The notes under the pieces: model-generated
Seen by the model: the letters and a program-made list of their open reading frames with translations, nothing else
Databases searched by the model: none
Told to the model about the DNA's origin: nothing
Assembly (NCBI GenBank): GCA_049663345.1
Contig: JBATDG010000059.1
Span: 441 to 64,440, forward strand
DNA: 64,000 nt
Direction of reading: 5' to 3'
DNA from: Bacteroidota bacterium
Lineage (GTDB): Bacteria; Bacteroidota; Ignavibacteria; SZUA-365
Shown here: positions 46,501-54,904 of the stretch, piece after piece
How the letters are laid out: every line of letters begins with the position of its first letter
How positions within the stretch are numbered: the first letter of the stretch is position 1
Program-made: the position numbers and the translations under genes

Positions 46501-48351
46501 AGCGTTGCCCCGATCATCGAAGACGACTTCATGCTGCGCAAACCCCTGCGACATATTATTGAACAACAGCCGGTAGCTGCGCTCGCTTTCAAGAATCAGC
46601 TTTTGTGAGAGTTTTTGTTCGGTGATGTCGTTGAACAGCACCGCGAACTGTCCGGGATCCGGAGAGAAAGCCCAGAACTCGAAATGCTTTCCGAGTACCT
46701 CAGCGAATTGTTCGTAGTGGATAGGTTCTCCGCTCTGCGCAACGCCGCCATAGATCTCGATCCAGTAATCTTCCGCCTCCGGCATTACTTCCCTGATTGT
46801 TTTGCCAATAATATCGGCAGTCAATCCTGTCTGTCTTATAAAGGCGGGATTGATATCGAGGAAGCGGTAATCGACAGCTTTCCCTTCGGCATCGAGTATG
46901 ATTTCGTGATGCGCGAAAGCCTGAGTCATATTCTCAAATAATTGCCGGTATCTTTTCTCGCTTTCACGGAGCAACCGCTCGGACTTTTTGCGTTCGGAAA
47001 TATCAATGTGCGTCCCCACGACTCGAATCGCCTTGCCTGAACTATCAAACACCGCATCCGCGCGGGAGAGGATGTCGACCCAATGACCATCCTTATGCAG
47101 CATTTTGAATTCCATCCTGAATACATCAACTTCGCGGGCGAACATCGCGTTCAGCATCTCCCATGATCGCTTCAGATATTCCGGTGCTATGAGCTGTTCC
47201 CAGATGGAGATGTCGCTTCCTAATTCATCTTCAGCATAGCCAAGCATGGAATTCCAGCCTGGTGAATAGTAGATCTCGTTCGTGACTAGATTCCAGTCAT
47301 AGAGCCCGTCCTTCGTTGCATGCATCACCAGATCGAAACGTTCACGACTCTCTCTCAGCTCCGTTTCATGAAGCTTTCGAAGAGTAATGTCCTGAACAAT
47401 CCCGGCGAGAGAATAGGGCGCTCCGGCTTCATCGAGCACAATTTCTCCTGCTTCCGCCCATACTGTTCTGATCGTGCCATCAGGGTGGATTATCCGATAT
47501 TCGAGGGGAACAGGTTTTGCATATTTCACTACCGAAATATTCGACTGCAGCACTTTTTCCCTGTCATCCGGGTGAATCGCTGAGCTTATTACTTCGGAAA
47601 GGTCACCGGAAAAGTTATCACGTGAAAGCCCGAAGATGGTATACATTTGATCGGACCATTCCAGTCGATTGCTCTGGGGATACCATATCCAGGATCCTAC
47701 GTTGGCCACCCGCTGCGCCATCGCGAGATTGCTTTCTGATCGACGAAGCGTTTCCTCAGTCTGGCTTCTGGCATCAGCTTCAGCTTTAATATCTTCGAGC
47801 AGGTTCAATGTCGCCCGCTGACTATCTTCCAACCGTTGATTAGACAGGCGGAGAATCTCTTCCTGATCATGATGCGATTTCAGGAGTTCCAGCAAATCGA
47901 GTGAACGCTTTGCATCCGCAGCGGTGGATCCTTCAATACCGAATTCTGTCTGCCTGAGTATTCGAGATGTAGCGGTGAGCGTCCGGATCTGCAGGAGGAG
48001 ATCGATTTCGTCGAAAGGGGAGTTGAGAAAACCGTCAACCCCCGCTTCATAGGCGCAGCGGCGCTGTTCAGGCTTGGTTTCGGCGGAGGTGAGCACGAGA
48101 ATCGGGAGACCGCCCGTGAGTTTATTCGTCCGAAGTTCAGTGCAGATTTCCTCTCCCTTACAATCAGCCTGGCTCATCCCGACGAGAATGAGATCAGGAG
48201 TGTGCACTCTCGACATCTCAATCCCATCCGCTGCTTCAGCAGCCGTTTTAATTGTCGTAAACGGAAGGATTTTGCCGACGCGGGCTGCGAGGGAGGAGGT
48301 AATCTCCTGGTCAGCTTCTATAATGAGAATGGAAAGTGTTTCTGTCTCCAT
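43570..48351 (-). CDS. Multi-PAS sensor histidine kinase with a degenerate N-terminal receiver-like domain
   Basis: 1593 aa. About nine PAS/PAC modules are delimited by recurring DITERK...LRESEERF junctions. HisKA is FLANMSHEVRTPMNAIIGF. HATPase_c motifs are LSNALKFT, DTGIGI and GGTGLGLSI. Confidence 0.85.
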   Translation of the reverse strand: METETLSILIIEADQEITSSLAARVGKILPFTTIKTAAEAADGIEMSRVHTPDLILVGMSQADCKGEEICTELRTNKLTGGLPILVLTSAETKPEQRRCAYEAGVDGFLNSPFDEIDLLLQIRTLTATSRILRQTEFGIEGSTAADAKRSLDLLELLKSHHDQEEILRLSNQRLEDSQRATLNLLEDIKAEADARSQTEETLRRSESNLAMAQRVANVGSWIWYPQSNRLEWSDQMYTIFGLSRDNFSGDLSEVISSAIHPDDREKVLQSNISVVKYAKPVPLEYRIIHPDGTIRTVWAEAGEIVLDEAGAPYSLAGIVQDITLRKLHETELRESRERFDLVMHATKDGLYDWNLVTNEIYYSPGWNSMLGYAEDELGSDISIWEQLIAPEYLKRSWEMLNAMFAREVDVFRMEFKMLHKDGHWVDILSRADAVFDSSGKAIRVVGTHIDISERKKSERLLRESEKRYRQLFENMTQAFAHHEIILDAEGKAVDYRFLDINPAFIRQTGLTADIIGKTIREVMPEAEDYWIEIYGGVAQSGEPIHYEQFAEVLGKHFEFWAFSPDPGQFAVLFNDITEQKLSQKLILESERSYRLLFNNMSQGFAQHEVVFDDRGNAVDFRYIDVNPAFEILTDKPASELVGRLLTEVFPGTVSIWFKHYHEVEAAGRPLHFEEYSSEIGKHLEIWGFISRPGVWTVMFTDITERKLADNALRESEERFRTIIESAQDAILMVDSNAEVTYWNPSAELIFGFSNEEVLGQYIPDLIVPPRYRHRGMAIFKHFISAGITADNRRSLQLIGLRKDGQEIDLAFSLTAVSLDGEWSGIAVIRDVTEWKRAELALRESEERVRAITQSAQDAIIMVDDAGCITYWNPAATAIFGHSSEEAIGKNPHLFLATEHHRAFSQAAFRVFSSTGEGAAIGKTLELTGVRKDGEEVDISLSLSAVKLKNRWHAVGIIRDITEWKLAEAMLRESEARFRSMLEHSPFAYQSLDDEGRFIDLNDKLCEMLGYDRGELLGKVFGDFWAPSREMEFSTAFTNLLRDNYSRGDFQLRQKDGSIIDVYLEGRVQRDVQGNFLRTHCVFFNITERAQAERNLRESEEMFRAIFQGHAAVKLLIDPKTGAISDANDAAMNFYGWSIEELKNKNIWDINTLSREEVLKAMESVLDSGRSFFEFRHRRADGTERDVEVYSSTVNVHGKNLIHSIIHDATEKKEAEKQIRLLGRSIEQSPVSIVITDTDGSIEYVNPEFTKITGFDFDEVIGLNSRILKSGSQSTEYYSNLWSTILSGQDWIGEFHNKRKDGSLYWESAVISPVISERGSITHFIGIKTDITAQKQMLADLIAAKERAEESDRLKSTFLANMSHEVRTPMNAIIGFSNLLTNEGLTKEDQAQFTEIIRQRSYDLLGIINDILNISLIDAGEMKIFEEEANIEAILKDLHLSFTQLARIEKAQSVQLLCEIELPASGSTLLLDTGRLRQVLTNLLSNALKFTHEGSISFGCKLNSEKELLFYVSDTGIGISKDAQKFIFNRFRQVDESSTRKYGGTGLGLSISKGLIELMGGVLTVESEVGVGSTFQFTLPYHPVSAKRAQGKIT

Positions 48352-48396
48352 TTAGACCATGCGGATTTGGGAGAGTGTTTAAAAACAGGCCGGAAC

Positions 48397-50310
48397 TCAA
48401 ACGATGCGGTACTTGCCTACTCCACCGCGTTCTTCGAGCAGCGCATTTATTTCTGCCTTCAGTTCGATCATCTGGAGTTCCCGATCGACCGTCAGTCGGT
48501 GAAAGCGTTCCAGTTCTGCCATTTTGAGCTGGAGGGCTTCCTCCGCCTTTTTCCTGTTTGTTATGTCGTGGTACACGACTGCGATTCTATGCTTTTCAGG
48601 TGAGTACACCGTAATAATACAATGCCTATCGATGCTTTCAATATAAAGATCGGAAATGATCGGGACAGAGCTCGCCAGTACCTTTCTGCAGAGGGGAAGG
48701 AGTGTCGTCCGCAGTGAATCAGGGAGGAACTGATTCTTGGGATCAGGGGCGGCTTCCTCTTGAAGCCTGAAAAACACTCCGAACATTCTGTTGCTTTCAA
48801 CTTGCTGCAAGTCGACCAATTCGGAATTCCCGTCAACAACGACATCGTAGAGTGCGATCGCTTCCGCTGTCGCATCAAAAAGGCTGCGATATTTCCGTTC
48901 GCTCTCTTCCAGCAGACGCTGACGCACACGTGCCTCCGTCTGGTCGCGCAGCACAAGAACGACCCCGGCAATTCTGCCGGCTTCGGCCAGAAGCACTGAA
49001 GCGCTTATCATTACCGGTATTTGACGCCCGTCAGTGTGCTGAACCACGACGCCGTTGGATAATTCCAGGGGTTTGCGTTCACGGAGAGTTTTGGAAACCG
49101 GATCTTCGATTTTTTCGCCGGTGGATTCGAGATGCAGCGCAAGAAGAGTATCCAGAGCCATCCCACGTGCGAGGCGTTCTTCGCATCCCATAAGTGCTTC
49201 GGCAGAGGTATTGAGATAGCGGATGGCGCCACTCTCGTCAGTAGTAATCACGGCATCCGCTATGCTGTATAATGTGATGCGGAATTCCTCTTCCGCTTTC
49301 CAGAGTTCGCGGTAGGTGTTTCGCTGCCGATAGCTGTAGATAAATGCCAGTCCCGAAATAGTGATGCCAATAATGAGCAGGACAAAAATCGCGATCAGCC
49401 ACACTTCGAATATGAGGTCCTCAAAGGCAGCCGAGCGATCTGTTTTTACAATAATGCACCACGGAGTACCATCGATACCTGCAATGTATGCGACCACCTC
49501 GTGCCCAGCCAGGTCTTGCCCTTCGATGATGCCGCGATATCCGTTCATCGCCCGGACCGGGATGAGGGTAGTATCAATGTTGGAAAGCTCACTTAGCCAT
49601 AGCTTCTGCGACCCATCCGCAAATTCAGATACTATGGAGGCGTCTCCGTCGTGCATGTGCACGAAGGTAGTTGTCAGCACGTGATCGCTGAGAGCCTGCG
49701 GCCTGAGAATTTCGACAAGGATGCTCACCGGCTCGACGCGCAATAACAGGGCGAGACCACCGGCTGCATCCAGCGTAGCCATGGGAGCGATGAAATCGAT
49801 ATGAAAAGTTTCATGACCCGGCAGGGACTTGAACCCGGATACAATAACGCTGCTGGTTTGAATGGCCCGGCGGACACATGCAGCTGCCATTGAGTCAGGC
49901 GGCGGTTCAGAGAATCCAAGTAGCGGGACTTCCAGGCCATCAGAGGAGGCAAACAGCAGGTCGGAGTATCCATGCTGGCTCTTAATCGATGTGATGGTTC
50001 GCTCCAGCCTCTGACAGTCCTCAGCGTTGCCGTCTTTGAGGCAGCCGCGAAAATTCTCATCGTCGATATCATGGGCGATCAGTGCAGCATCCGCTATTTC
50101 TTCATGGTACCATCGCGTCAGGAGTGTCGTTTTCATTTCTGCAATAGCGCTGAGTTCGTTCCCGATGTTTTCTTTCAGCGTCGCTTCTTCGTTGAGGTAA
50201 TAGATATAACCGGCAGTTGCAGATAGCAGGACGACGATGCATGCGAGAATCACGAAATGAACTTCTCGTGGCAAGAAACTGCTTGATATTTTGCTGGCAG
50301 GTAAGTTCAT
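48397..50310 (-). CDS. Membrane sensor protein (periplasmic domain + 2 PAS) with no recognisable output domain
   Basis: 637 aa. Two TM helices (FVILACIVVLLSATAGYIYY and VWLIAIFVLLIIGITISGLAFIY) flank a periplasmic region of about 270 aa. Two PAS modules follow. The protein ends in a short coiled coil (ELQMIELKAEINALLEERGGVGKYRIV) with no H-box or ATPase motif. Confidence 0.7.
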   Translation of the reverse strand: MNLPASKISSSFLPREVHFVILACIVVLLSATAGYIYYLNEEATLKENIGNELSAIAEMKTTLLTRWYHEEIADAALIAHDIDDENFRGCLKDGNAEDCQRLERTITSIKSQHGYSDLLFASSDGLEVPLLGFSEPPPDSMAAACVRRAIQTSSVIVSGFKSLPGHETFHIDFIAPMATLDAAGGLALLLRVEPVSILVEILRPQALSDHVLTTTFVHMHDGDASIVSEFADGSQKLWLSELSNIDTTLIPVRAMNGYRGIIEGQDLAGHEVVAYIAGIDGTPWCIIVKTDRSAAFEDLIFEVWLIAIFVLLIIGITISGLAFIYSYRQRNTYRELWKAEEEFRITLYSIADAVITTDESGAIRYLNTSAEALMGCEERLARGMALDTLLALHLESTGEKIEDPVSKTLRERKPLELSNGVVVQHTDGRQIPVMISASVLLAEAGRIAGVVLVLRDQTEARVRQRLLEESERKYRSLFDATAEAIALYDVVVDGNSELVDLQQVESNRMFGVFFRLQEEAAPDPKNQFLPDSLRTTLLPLCRKVLASSVPIISDLYIESIDRHCIITVYSPEKHRIAVVYHDITNRKKAEEALQLKMAELERFHRLTVDRELQMIELKAEINALLEERGGVGKYRIV

Positions 50311-51941
50311 TCCACAGTCTGAAGCTTCATAGGGACGGCATTGTATGGCAAACTGAAGCAGAAAGTGCTGCCGGTGTTTTGGTTTGATTCGACCCAGATG
50401 CGTCCGCCCATTAATTCGACAAGTTCCTTCGAAATCGAGAGGCCAAGCCCGGTCCCGCCATACAGACGGGAAGAGGAATCATCGGCCTGACGGAAGCGGC
50501 CAAAGATAAGAGTCTGAGCTTCTGATGGAACTCCAATCCCGGTGTCCTCTACATAAAATATCAGCTCGTGCTTATTTTGCCGTTTGCAGCCAAAACGTAC
50601 CGTCCCTTTATGCGTAAACTTGAGGGCATTCGAAATCAAGTTGGTCAGAACCTGACGGATCCGGCCGCTATCGATCATGACATGAATCTCTGACTCATCC
50701 AAATCGATGCAGTATTCAATTCCCACGCGCCCTTCCTTGCTGCTGGCTGCAAGCTGATTGAACGTGATATAAAGGTCTGTCAGCAAGACTTTCACGTTGC
50801 TGATTTCGGGCGTGATAATTACTTCACCTGCATCGATGAGCGAAATATTCAAAATATCATTTATAATCTGCAATAAATCATAGGAACGCTGCCGGATGAT
50901 TTCGGTGTATTCCTGCTGAGCGTCCCTGGGCAAATCCGGTTCGTTAAGCAATTCCGAAAAGCCAATGATTGCGTTCATTGGAGTTCGGACTTCATGGCTC
51001 ATATTGGCGAGGAACGTTGATTTCAGTCGATCGCTCTCCTCCGCGCGTTCCTTCGCTTCGACGAGCTGCCTATTCAGTTTATTCTGTTCCGTTATATTTA
51101 TCAGCACGCAATGAGTTCGGATGAATGAGCCCGAAGAGTCTCTCTGTACCTGGCCTTCGACATGAACTTCGATGGTATTGCCTGACTTGTGCTGGAGCCT
51201 TAAATCTCCCACCATCACATTACTGGAAAGGAAATTGCCAAAGCTTTCAGCGAAGAGCGGTCGATCCTCCGGGATCCAGAAATCGCTGCACTGTTTACCG
51301 ATTAATTCACTCCGGGAGTGGCCCAGGAGTCTGCAGTATTCATCATTGACATCGATATATTTTCCCTCCTCATCGAGTGCCTGATAGGCAAGAGGCGAGT
51401 GTTCGAGCATTGCACGAAAACGCGCTTCGCTCTCACGCAGCAGCTGATCAGCCGTGCGATGCTCTTCAAGTTCCTTTTGAAGGGCCTCTGTCCTGGAGGC
51501 CACCAACATGTTTAATCGCTCATTTTCCCTGCGCTGCATAAGGACGAAAGAACGTATCTGCAGCATTGCCTTAACCTGCGCCAACAGTTCGATCTCGTCG
51601 AGCGGCTTTGAAAGGAAGCCGTCAGCTCCCGCCTCGAGCGCGGCGATGCGTAAATCCCGTCGAGTTTTTTGGGCAGTGAGAAAAACGACAGGAATATGTT
51701 TAAGCTGCTGATCCTTTTTGAAAACACGGCAGACCTCGAAGCCATCCATGTCAGGCATGATGATATCGAGGAGCAACATATCGGGGTCTTCTGATCGGGC
51801 AAGGTCGATTCCTGCCTGACCGGTGAGAGCAGTGAGGATGCGGGCATCGGGCTGCAAATCGTTAAGCACAGCCTTGAGGCTCGCCAGATTGTCCGGATTA
51901 TCATCAATCGCAAGAATTGTGGTTTTGTTATGCATCTCCAT
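50307..51941 (-). CDS. Hybrid response regulator - PAS - histidine kinase
   Basis: I place the start at MEMHNKTTILAIDDNPDN. The receiver is canonical (DD, LLLDIIMPDMDG, FLTA, SKP). It also has one PAS, HisKA FLANMSHEVRTPMNAIIGF and HATPase_c (ISNALKFT, DTGIGV, GGTGLGLSI). Confidence 0.85.
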   Translation of the reverse strand: MEMHNKTTILAIDDNPDNLASLKAVLNDLQPDARILTALTGQAGIDLARSEDPDMLLLDIIMPDMDGFEVCRVFKKDQQLKHIPVVFLTAQKTRRDLRIAALEAGADGFLSKPLDEIELLAQVKAMLQIRSFVLMQRRENERLNMLVASRTEALQKELEEHRTADQLLRESEARFRAMLEHSPLAYQALDEEGKYIDVNDEYCRLLGHSRSELIGKQCSDFWIPEDRPLFAESFGNFLSSNVMVGDLRLQHKSGNTIEVHVEGQVQRDSSGSFIRTHCVLINITEQNKLNRQLVEAKERAEESDRLKSTFLANMSHEVRTPMNAIIGFSELLNEPDLPRDAQQEYTEIIRQRSYDLLQIINDILNISLIDAGEVIITPEISNVKVLLTDLYITFNQLAASSKEGRVGIEYCIDLDESEIHVMIDSGRIRQVLTNLISNALKFTHKGTVRFGCKRQNKHELIFYVEDTGIGVPSEAQTLIFGRFRQADDSSSRLYGGTGLGLSISKELVELMGGRIWVESNQNTGSTFCFSLPYNAVPMKLQTVE

Positions 51942-54900
51942 GCGGCGTCCCGAATATTTGCTGTTCGAATAATTCGGCATCAATGGGTTTTGAAATGTAT
52001 CCATCAAAGCCATGCGACAATATTTCTTCCACATCTCCCTGCATCGCACGGGAGGTGAGTGCGATCACAGGGATGTGCTTGATTGCCGAATCCTGCCTGG
52101 CATATTCCAAAACGGTAAATCCGTCAATTCCGGGCAAGGAAATATCGAGAAGAATAACGTCAGGTCGTTCATCCCTTGCAATGTGAAGGCCGGACCGCCC
52201 GTCACTCGCCTGCAGCACGGTGCAGGAATCCGCTAATAGCGCCGCAGCTGTCGTCATGTTGTCCGGATTATCTTCAATAACCAGAATTCGCGGTTTATCA
52301 CCGTTTTTCGGTCTTCTCGGTATACGGTTGATAATAGCGGCAGGTGGATGGATGCCAAGCATATTGGTTACCGCAGTCAGCAGCTCCTTGCGGCTGACAT
52401 CGCCTTTCTGAATCAATTGCTTGACGTTGTTCCCGCGCAGGAAGGCCAATTCATCCTTTGTGATGCGCTTCGCAGTGAGGATGAGCACGGGAAGTGCCGC
52501 TGTCGCTGCTTGCTCGCGGACTATCCGCAGCACCTCGAATCCGTCTATTTCCGGCATCATTAAATCGAGGATCATAGCATCCGGGATCTTCTCCGCGATT
52601 TTTCGCAGCGCTTCGCTGCCGTTTGAGGCCACGAGGACCTCAAACCCTTCAGCCTGCAATACATCGCGCATCTGAAGAACAGCCGGCTCGCTGTCCTCCA
52701 CAATGAGGATTGTCTTTCCTTTGAATGAAGCTGCCGGCAACGATGCCTTTGGAGTTGCAGCCGACAGGTAGGTCTCTTTTGACGATGCAGTTGATTCGTC
52801 CAACACAAGGGGAAGCCGGAAAATGAAGCGTGAGCCTTTTCCCGGGGTGCTTTCAACAGTGATATCTCCACCGAGCAGTTTCGCATACCTTTTTGAGATT
52901 GCGAGACCAAGTCCTGTTCCACCATGTTTGCGTGTAGTGCTGTCATCGACCTGTTTGAATTCCTGGAATACGGCATCAAGATGTTCCGGGGCGATACCAA
53001 CACCCGAATCAGAAACCACGATTTCAACAAAATCGCCTGCAACAGTAGCAGCTGCGGAAATTTCTATACTGCCCTCGTCTGTAAATTTTACAGCGTTGCC
53101 AATCAGATTAATCAACACCTGACGGCATTTTGAAGTATCAGTAGAAATCGTGGGGAATTCGACATCGATTTTGGATGACAATTCGAGACCCTTTTCTCTT
53201 GCATGGGGACCCAGCATACCAACCACCTCGCCAACGATGGTCTGTATCTTTGTTTGAGAGAAGGTGATTTCTTCATGCCCGGCTTCAATACGGGAAAGGT
53301 CAAGAATGTCATTGATAAGTGAAAGCAAATGACTGCCATTGCGTTCAATGATCTCGAGATACCCATGTTCCTCTTTTGGGATGGAACCATCGAGCCTTCG
53401 CTTCAACACATTCGAAAGTGCAATTACGGAATTGAGCGGGGTACGCAGCTCGTGGCTCATGTTCGACAGGAAGCTGCTTTTCATCTTGTTAGCTTCATCC
53501 AACTGTCGCTTTTGCTGCGAAAGTTCCATGTTCTGCGAAGTTAATTCATCCGTCTGCCGCGACAGTTCACCGGACAAAGATTCAAGTTCCCGGTTCTGTA
53601 TCTGTAACGCATCAGAGTAAACCTTAATTTTTTCCGTCGCGAGCAGGCTGCTAAGCCGCGCTGCGATGAAGCTTCGTGTATTGGTCAACACATGAATTGC
53701 TTTTGCGGAAAATGGACGGAGGCTGCCGAGCACAATCATTGCAAGCACTGTCCGCCCCGAAACAATCGGAATGACGGCGATCTCGCGAGGCACGATGCCG
53801 CCAGCAACTGTTGGATGAAGGAATATTGTATCTGCGGGAATTTCGGTTACACGGTGAATACGCAGGGTTTCGAGTGCGAGAGCGAACGGTCCCTCATGTT
53901 TACTGATTGAATATGTGTTCTGGACATCAGCAGAAAGACCGAGCGATGCACTGAGTACGAGAGTGTCTGTGTCGGGTTCGTGCAGGTAAAAAGCAGCAAA
54001 CAGAGCTTCGGTGGAAGCACTCATCGACATCAGAAGACTATTTACAAAACTCGGAATTGAGTTTTCACTGACTATTGCTTCGGAAATCCGTTGTATGGAA
54101 TCCCGCTGCTCGATCTCGTTCTGCACCGTATCCGCAAGAATGTTCAGAGAACTGGCGAGGGAACCTAATTCATTTTTGGATTGATAATCTATCCTAGTAT
54201 CAAAATTTCCATTTGAAAACAAGTTCGCGGCTTTTGTCATTACTATCAATGGGGGGCGTAAGCTGCGGAACAGCGTGACACCAATCAGAACGGAAAGAAG
54301 CAGAATAGTGAGAACAACAATGAAAAACCGCTGCAGCAGAGTATCCCTGGCAGCCGTCGCTTCCCGGAAAAAGGAAGCGGCTTTATTCTCCGCGAAATTC
54401 GTCAGCGTGCCTAGTGAGTTTATAACATTGATGCCAATTTTTCCGTCGGGACCATCCGGGAGTAACCTTAGCCGGGCTTCTTCTACCCGACCCTCTCGAA
54501 GCAGTTGGATGGTTTCATTCCGAACCACTCTCCAGGTTTGCAGATTATGATAGATATTATCGACATCCTCGGCTTTCCCAAGATACCTGTCATAGAGAAC
54601 TTTAAGCTGTATCTCGACATCCGCATCTGCGATTGCGATAGTGTGGCTGACCTCTGTGCGCTGCTCTTCCGACTTGGACAGGAACATTACTTTTATCCCA
54701 TTGCGCATCTCCCACATGTCTGATTTAATACGGCCAAGGGCAATCTGCACCGCCAACGGATGCCGCTGTATATTTGCCGTCGTCTCCCAAAGCTTCTGTG
54801 CCTGCTCAAATGCAAGGGTTGCAAGCACGAGCACGAGCAGCACTGTGACGATAAGTGCCACACTCAGTTGCGTCCCGATGCGGATGTCTCTGATTCTCAT
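51928..54900 (-). CDS. Hybrid sensor histidine kinase (TM - helical periplasmic sensor - TM - HAMP - GAF - HisKA - HATPase - REC - REC)
   Basis: 990 aa. HAMP-like region is LRPPLIVMTKAANLFSNGNFDTRIDYQSKNELGSLASSLNILADTV. H-box is FLSNMSHELRTPLNSVIA. HATPase motifs are GNAVKFT, DSGVGI and GGTGLGLAI. It carries two canonical receivers (ILDLMMPEIDG and ILLDISLPGIDG). Confidence 0.85.
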   Translation of the reverse strand: MRIRDIRIGTQLSVALIVTVLLVLVLATLAFEQAQKLWETTANIQRHPLAVQIALGRIKSDMWEMRNGIKVMFLSKSEEQRTEVSHTIAIADADVEIQLKVLYDRYLGKAEDVDNIYHNLQTWRVVRNETIQLLREGRVEEARLRLLPDGPDGKIGINVINSLGTLTNFAENKAASFFREATAARDTLLQRFFIVVLTILLLSVLIGVTLFRSLRPPLIVMTKAANLFSNGNFDTRIDYQSKNELGSLASSLNILADTVQNEIEQRDSIQRISEAIVSENSIPSFVNSLLMSMSASTEALFAAFYLHEPDTDTLVLSASLGLSADVQNTYSISKHEGPFALALETLRIHRVTEIPADTIFLHPTVAGGIVPREIAVIPIVSGRTVLAMIVLGSLRPFSAKAIHVLTNTRSFIAARLSSLLATEKIKVYSDALQIQNRELESLSGELSRQTDELTSQNMELSQQKRQLDEANKMKSSFLSNMSHELRTPLNSVIALSNVLKRRLDGSIPKEEHGYLEIIERNGSHLLSLINDILDLSRIEAGHEEITFSQTKIQTIVGEVVGMLGPHAREKGLELSSKIDVEFPTISTDTSKCRQVLINLIGNAVKFTDEGSIEISAAATVAGDFVEIVVSDSGVGIAPEHLDAVFQEFKQVDDSTTRKHGGTGLGLAISKRYAKLLGGDITVESTPGKGSRFIFRLPLVLDESTASSKETYLSAATPKASLPAASFKGKTILIVEDSEPAVLQMRDVLQAEGFEVLVASNGSEALRKIAEKIPDAMILDLMMPEIDGFEVLRIVREQAATAALPVLILTAKRITKDELAFLRGNNVKQLIQKGDVSRKELLTAVTNMLGIHPPAAIINRIPRRPKNGDKPRILVIEDNPDNMTTAAALLADSCTVLQASDGRSGLHIARDERPDVILLDISLPGIDGFTVLEYARQDSAIKHIPVIALTSRAMQGDVEEILSHGFDGYISKPIDAELFEQQIFGTPHGDA

Positions 54901-54904
54901 GGTG

